A stretch of 64,000 bases of DNA from an uncultured delta proteobacterium (lineage in GTDB: Bacteria > Desulfobacterota > Binatia > JACPRU01). The stretch lies in NCBI GenBank assembly GCA_963745025.1, contig CAVUWD010000006.1, forward strand, positions 320,001 through 384,000. The letters are read 5' to 3'. Below the pieces are notes generated by a model. That model was given only the letters and a program-made list of their open reading frames with translations, was not told the DNA's origin and ran no database searches. Positions 58,731 through 64,000 of the stretch are shown here, one piece after another (the stretch's first letter is position 1; every line of letters begins with the position of its first letter). The translations under genes and the position numbers were made by a program.

Positions 58731-61512
58731 TCACGAGCAGCCGCTCGTCGCGCCGCAGTTCCAGCATTTGTAGCAGGCGCCGTTGCGGATCATGATCGAT
58801 CCACAATCGGAGCATGTCGGTGCATCGGCCTGCGGGCTGAAGCCAAGGCTCGGCGGAATGGCCGGTGCGGGTTCCTTGTCCCGGACGGTGACGAGCCGAG
58901 GTGTGGCAGGCCACGGCCCGGCGTCGCTCGACGCGGAGGATTCCTGCCGCTCGATGATACCGATCTCTTTCTTGGCCTCGGGGTTCAGGAAACGCGAGCC
59001 GAGGAAGCGGAAGATGTAGTCGGTGAGCGACTTCGCCATCGGGATCTCCGGATTCTTGGTGAAGCCCGACGGCTCGAAACGGACGTGGCTGAACTTCGAG
59101 ACCAGCACCTCGAGCGGCACGCCGTACTGGAGCGCCATCGAGCGTCAGCGTGGCGATCGTGTCCATCAGGCCGGAGATCGTGCTGCCCTCCTTGGCCATC
59201 TTGATGAAGATCTCGCCCGGCGTGCCGTCCTCGAAGAAGCCGACGTGGATGTAGCCCTCGTGACCGGCGATGTCGAACTTGTGGCAGATCGCGGCACGAT
59301 CGGCCGGCAGTCGCCGGCGCGTCGGCCGGATTCGACCGTCGTCTCGGCGACCGCGGTCGCCGCCGCCGCGTCCGCCTTCTTGCCGGTGTTCAGCGGCTGG
59401 GTCCGCTTGCAGCCGTCGCGGTAGATCGCGACCGCCTTCAACCCGAGGCGCCACGCCTCGATGTACGCCTGTTCGATCTCCTCGACCGTCGCCTCGTTCG
59501 GCATGTTGACCGTCTTGGAGATCGCGCCGGAGATGAACGGCTGGACGGCGCCCATCATGCGCACGTGGCCGAGGGGGTGAATGGACGCGCGTGCCGCGCG
59601 CGGGCTTGAAGGCGCAGTCGAAGACGGCGAGGTGCTCGGGCTTGAGACGCGGCGCGCCTTCGATCGTCTCCTGCTCGTCGATGTACTCGACGATGTCCTG
59701 GATCTCGCTCGCGTCGTAGCCGAGCCGCCGCAGCGCCCGCGGCACGGTGTTGTTGACGATCTTCAGCACGCCGCCGCCGACGAGCTTCTTGTACTTGACG
59801 AGCGCGATGTCGGGCTCGACGCCCGTGGTGTCGCAGTCCATCATGAAGGCGATCGTGCCGGTCGGCGCGAGCACCGTGACCTGCGAGTTGCGGTACGCCG
59901 TCCTCGCGACCGAGCTCGAGCGTCTCGTCCCAGACGCTCGCGAATCGCGGAATAGAGCGGCAGCGGCACGAGCGAGGGATCGAGCCGGTGCGCATGGCTG
60001 CGATGCTTCTCGATCACGCTGAGCATGCGGCTCGCGGTTCTTCGCGTAGCCCGCGAACGGCCCCATGGCGCCGGCGATGCGTGCCGACTGCAGGTACGCT
60101 TCACCGCACATCAGCGCCGTGATCGCCGCCGCGTATTCGCGGCCCGGCTTCGGAATCGTAGGGCAGCCCCATCGCCATCAGCAGCGCGCCGAGGTTCGCG
60201 TAACCGAGCCCGAGCTCGCGATAGTCGCTGCGCGTTCTGCGCGATCTCCGTCGTCGGGTAGCTCGAGTTGTCGATGATGATGTCCTGCGCCGTGATCAGC
60301 ACGTCGACGGCGTGGCGGAACGAGTCGACGTCGAACTCGAGGTCCTCGTTCGACGAACTTCATCAGGTTGAGCGAGGCGAGGTTACAGGCCGAGTCGTCG
60401 AGGTGCATGTATTCGGAGCACGGATTCGACGCGTTGATCGCGGCCCGTTGCCGGGCAGGTGTGCCAGTCGTTGATCGTCGTGTCGAACTGCAAGCCCGGG
60501 GTCGCCGCAGAAGTGTGCCGCCATCGGAGATCTTGCGCATCAGCTCGCGGGCACGGAACGTCTCGCAGGGTTCCCCTGTGGTGACGTAGCGAGTCGTCCA
60601 GTCCTCGTCGTCGGCGACCGCCTTCATGAACTCGTCGGTCACGCGGACCGAGTTGTTGGCGTTCTGGAAGAAGACGGATGCGTACGCCGGTCCATCGAGG
60701 CTCGAGTCGTAGCCCGCATCGATCAACGCCCAGGCCTTCTTCTCTTCCTCCATCTTGCAGTCGATGAAATCCACGATGTCCGGGTGGTCGATGTTCAGCA
60801 CGACCATCTTCGCGGCACGCCGGGTCTTGCCGCCCGACTTGATCACTCCCGCCGACGCATCGGCTGCCCTCATGAAGGAGACCGGGCCGGAGGCCGTGCC
60901 GCCGCCGCCGAGCCGCTCCTTGGACGAGCGGATGCGGGAGAGGTTCACGCCCGAGCCGGAGCCTCCTTTGAAGATGACCCCCTCGCGGCGATACCAGTCG
61001 AGAATCGAGTCCATCGTGTCGTCGACGGAGAGGATGAAGCACGCCGAGCACTGCGGCTTCGGCTCGACGCCGACGTTGAACCACACGGGACTGTTGAAGG
61101 CCGCCATCTGGTGAAGCAGCAGATGCGTGAGCTCGTCGGCGAACGTCTCCGCCTCGCCGGGCGTGGCGAAGTAGCCCTGCATCTCACCCCACGCACGCAT
61201 CGTACGAACCACGCGCCCGATCAGTTGCCGGACGCTCGACTCGCGCTGTGGCGTGCCGATGGGGCCGCGGAAATACTTGGAGACGACGACGTTGGTCGCG
61301 AGCTGCGACCAGCTCTTGGGGATCTCGACTTCGTGCTGCTCGAAGACCACCTCTCCCTTTTCACCGCTGATGACCGCGCTGCGGTGCTCCCATTCGACGG
61401 TTGAGTAGGGGTCGACACCCGCCCGCGTGAACAAACGCCGAAGCTCAAACGCGCGCCGACGTGCTGGCCGCCCACCCGTCGCTCGCTCGCTACGCTGTGT
61501 CTGCTCTGCCAT
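58731..61512 (-). CDS. nrdJ: adenosylcobalamin-dependent class II ribonucleotide reductase (frameshifted), with C-terminal TSCPD domain and Zn ribbon
   Basis: [43 protein letters not shown] and CxxC..CYKCWNCG motifs across frames. Confidence 0.92.
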
Positions 61513-61553
61513 GAAATCTCTCCAATTTGCCGTGGATCCCGCCGATGACCTCA

Positions 61554-61607
61554 CTCGCATATCTAGTAGGTGTCCGGATCATGTGCCACTACATCTTGTG
61601 CTGTCAA
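61554..61607 (-). promoter_or_regulatory. tandem NrdR boxes overlapping the nrdJ sigma70 promoter
   Basis: CTCGCATATCTAGTAG (61554-61569) and CCACTACATCTTGTGC (61586-61601), 32 bp apart, match acaCwAtATaTwGtgt; TTGACA on the minus strand at 61602-61607. Confidence 0.8.
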
Positions 61608-61715
61608 GCGAAAACCGCGAAACCTTCGTGCCGCGCTGCGGCACCCTCGCGCGAGCTCAAAGGCACGCTCGCTGCCACGATTGCCAGAGCGTGACCGACA
61701 CCCTATTCTCCTACC

Positions 61716-62180
61716 GTGGCATCGCGAAGCGTCACGCGCGCAGGGCAGGTGCTCCACGATCTCGTCGACCGTCTCGAGTTCCGCGAGCGCCTGCGCGAAC
61801 ACGCGGTCTGGAACGTGTGGCGCGAGGTGGTCGGCGACCTCCTCGCCTCCAAGGCGGAGCCGGTGCGCATCGAGGACGGGAAGCTCTTCGTACGAGTCGC
61901 CAACTCCACATGGATGCAAGAGCTGCAGTTCCTGACGGACGACATCCGCCATCGCTTGAATCATCGCCTGGGCGCGCCAATCGTGCGCGAGTTCTTCCTC
62001 ATCCTGGGTGCCGGGAAACGGCGCAGGAAAAGAGACCTCCCTCCCACGATTCATCCGGTCGATGAGTCGGCGATTGCGGCACTGGTTCCGATGATCGACA
62101 AGCCCGAGATCGAAGCGGCGCTGCGCCGTCTCGCTCGCGCAAGGGCCCGCCGTCTCGGACCCGCCGGCGAAGGCTGCTAG
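61716..62180 (+). CDS. DUF721 / DciA family protein
   Basis: WREVVGDLLA..A.P..IEDGKLFVRVANSTWMQELQF pattern. Confidence 0.85.
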   Translation: MASRSVTRAGQVLHDLVDRLEFRERLREHAVWNVWREVVGDLLASKAEPVRIEDGKLFVRVANSTWMQELQFLTDDIRHRLNHRLGAPIVREFFLILGAGKRRRKRDLPPTIHPVDESAIAALVPMIDKPEIEAALRRLARARARRLGPAGEGC

Positions 62181-62198
62181 CGATCGCTAGGCCCCAGG

Positions 62199-62822
62199 AT
62201 GAGCGTGATCACGATCGGTCTGACCGGAGGGATCGGCTGCGGCAAGAGCGCAGCCGCGGCGATTCTCGGTGAGCTGGGCGCGGTGCTCATCGACGCCGAC
62301 AAGGTCGGGCACGAGGTCTACGAGCCGGGGACGCCGTGCTGGGACGCGCTGGTCGGTGCCTTCGGCCGGGACATCGTCGCCGCCGACCGAACCATCGATC
62401 GAAAGAAACTCGGCGTCCGCGTCTTTTCCGACCCTCTGGCGCTGAAGCGCTTGAACGCGCTCGTCCAGCCCCGCATCGCCGACAAGATCAACGAACGCGT
62501 TCGCGACCTGCGCGCCCGAGGGATCGAAGCGCCGATCGTCGTCGAAGCCGCCGTGCTGATCGAGGCCGGCTGGCAGTGGCTCGTCGACGAGATCTGGGTG
62601 ATTACGAGCTCGCGCGGGCGGGCAATCGAGCGCGTGATCGCCGCTCGAGGTCTATCGCGCGGAGAAGTCGAGCAGCGGATCGACAGTCAGATCTGCGAGG
62701 CGGAGCGGACGCGGGACGCTGACTGCGTGATTCCTAACGACGGGACGCTCGCCGAGCTCCGCGCCGAAATCGAACGTTGCTGGCGGGAACGCGTCGCTCG
62801 AGCGAAGGCCGTGAGCGAGTGA
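62199..62822 (+). CDS. coaE: dephospho-CoA kinase
   Basis: IGLTGGIGCGKS, IDAD, IDRKKLG and NDGT motifs. Confidence 0.93.
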   Translation: MSVITIGLTGGIGCGKSAAAAILGELGAVLIDADKVGHEVYEPGTPCWDALVGAFGRDIVAADRTIDRKKLGVRVFSDPLALKRLNALVQPRIADKINERVRDLRARGIEAPIVVEAAVLIEAGWQWLVDEIWVITSSRGRAIERVIAARGLSRGEVEQRIDSQICEAERTRDADCVIPNDGTLAELRAEIERCWRERVARAKAVSE

Positions 62823-63550
62823 TGAGCGAGAGCGCGAAGCTTCGCGGCATCCTGCTCGACCTCGACGGCACGATCGCCGATTCGATAGAATTCTTTTACG
62901 GCCTCGCCTGCGAGATGCTCGGAGCCGCGGACTGCGCTCCGCCCGAGCGAAGCGAGGTGCTCGACGCTATCGCCAATGGCGTGGTTCCTCACGAGCGCTT
63001 CCTGCCGGCGGACTTTCCCAACCGTGAGGCGTTCTTGGCCCGGCTCTATCGCGATCACTTCCCGAACTGGATCCGCCGCTACGGGACGGAGATCGAACCG
63101 CTGGTGGGCGCCGTCGAGACCGTCCGTGTTCTCGAATGCCGGGGGCTCCGGCTCGCGCTCGTCACGTCGTCTTCGGGTCCACTGCCGTTTCTCGATCGGT
63201 GGGGAATCCGCACCTCGTTTTCGGCGATCATCGGGCGTGACGACGTTCGCCGCATCAAGCCCGATCCCGAGGCGGTGCTGCTGGCTCTCGAGCGGTTAGG
63301 TCTCGATCCCTCGGAGGTGGTCAACGTCGGCGATACGCCGCTCGACGTGCGTGCAGGCCTCGCGGCCGGGGTCGCGACGGTCGGCGTCCTCACGGGTGCC
63401 GGGACGGAGCACCAGTTGCGCGCCGCGGGCGCCTCGCAGATTCTTCAGTCGCTCGCCGAGCTGCCAGATTTTCTCGATCGGATCTTCTCTGATAAGGACG
63501 CTGGAGAATGCGACACGCGCCGAAGCGGACCACGATCCACGAGGTCTTGA
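62822..63550 (+). CDS. HAD-superfamily hydrolase (phosphoglycolate phosphatase-like)
   Basis: DLDGTIADS, LVTS, KPDPE and VGDTPLD motifs. Confidence 0.9.
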   Translation: MSESAKLRGILLDLDGTIADSIEFFYGLACEMLGAADCAPPERSEVLDAIANGVVPHERFLPADFPNREAFLARLYRDHFPNWIRRYGTEIEPLVGAVETVRVLECRGLRLALVTSSSGPLPFLDRWGIRTSFSAIIGRDDVRRIKPDPEAVLLALERLGLDPSEVVNVGDTPLDVRAGLAAGVATVGVLTGAGTEHQLRAAGASQILQSLAELPDFLDRIFSDKDAGECDTRRSGPRSTRS

Positions 63551-64000
63551 GGATTGCCATGGATCTCGAGAAGCGGACCATGGCGCTCTACACGGCGTTC
63601 GTGTCCCAGCACGCCACGGAGCCGGAACTGCAAAAGTTCTGGTTGACGATGGCGCGGCACGAAGCCGGTCACTTCGGCGCCCTCGCGCTCGTCGAGAGCA
63701 TGATTCAGAACGACCCGAAGCTCGAGGTCCGACGCAAGGTGTGGTTCGACGAGGTTACGGTCGTGCGTCTCCGTTCGCTGCTCGGCGCGTACCTGCGTGA
63801 GGCGCAACGACCCGTGACGGTCGAGCGCGCGCTCGAAATGGCGATCGACCTGGAGAGCTCGGAGCTCGAAGACGTGGTCGTCGATCTCATGCAGGTCGTC
63901 AAAGACACGGTCTGGCGCGAACAAGCGATGCAGTTCTTGATCCACGACCTCGGCGACCTCAGCTACATGGTCGAGAAGTTCACCCGCGATCCGAAGCTCC
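63508..64000 (+). CDS. ferritin-like / rubrerythrin-type protein (truncated by the window end)
   Basis: GGAGA RBS then MRHAPKRTTIHEVLRIAMDLEKRTMALY...MARHEAGH...ALEMAIDLE; E and ExxH di-iron-type motifs; open to the window edge. Confidence 0.65.
   Translation, partial: MRHAPKRTTIHEVLRIAMDLEKRTMALYTAFVSQHATEPELQKFWLTMARHEAGHFGALALVESMIQNDPKLEVRRKVWFDEVTVVRLRSLLGAYLREAQRPVTVERALEMAIDLESSELEDVVVDLMQVVKDTVWREQAMQFLIHDLGDLSYMVEKFTRDPKL

Overview
GC-rich bacterial genomic window, probably from a metagenome-assembled deltaproteobacterial-type lineage (Binatia/Myxococcota-like gene content; this is inference). The left ~39 kb is an accessory catabolic region. It holds a YeeE/YedE pair, an SDR, two acyl-CoA dehydrogenases, a Cys/His-rich hypothetical protein and a two-subunit B12-dependent acyl-CoA mutase with a strongly remodelled active site. 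It also holds a BaiE/LinA-like NTF2 protein, a sigma54-preceded OYE/Fe-S flavoprotein, EtfAB, a class II-like phaC-phaZ pair with a divergent TetR, a paaABC-paaK-P450-hmgA run, and a hydantoinase A/B plus two class-III aminotransferase block. Many short gene scars lie at block junctions. The right ~25 kb is core genome: a partial nuo operon (A,C,D,E,H,J,K,L,M,N; no B,F,G,I), amgK-murU, patatin, cysH, an unannotated 30-aa Lys-rich protein, eno, ftsB, a GcvH-like protein lacking its lipoyl-Lys, MFS, dienelactone hydrolase, mtgA, NrdR-box-controlled nrdJ, DUF721, coaE, a HAD hydrolase and a truncated ferritin-like gene. Frameshifts in nuo and nrdJ look like mixed-strain consensus artefacts. No rRNA, tRNA, CRISPR array or intact mobile element was recognised.
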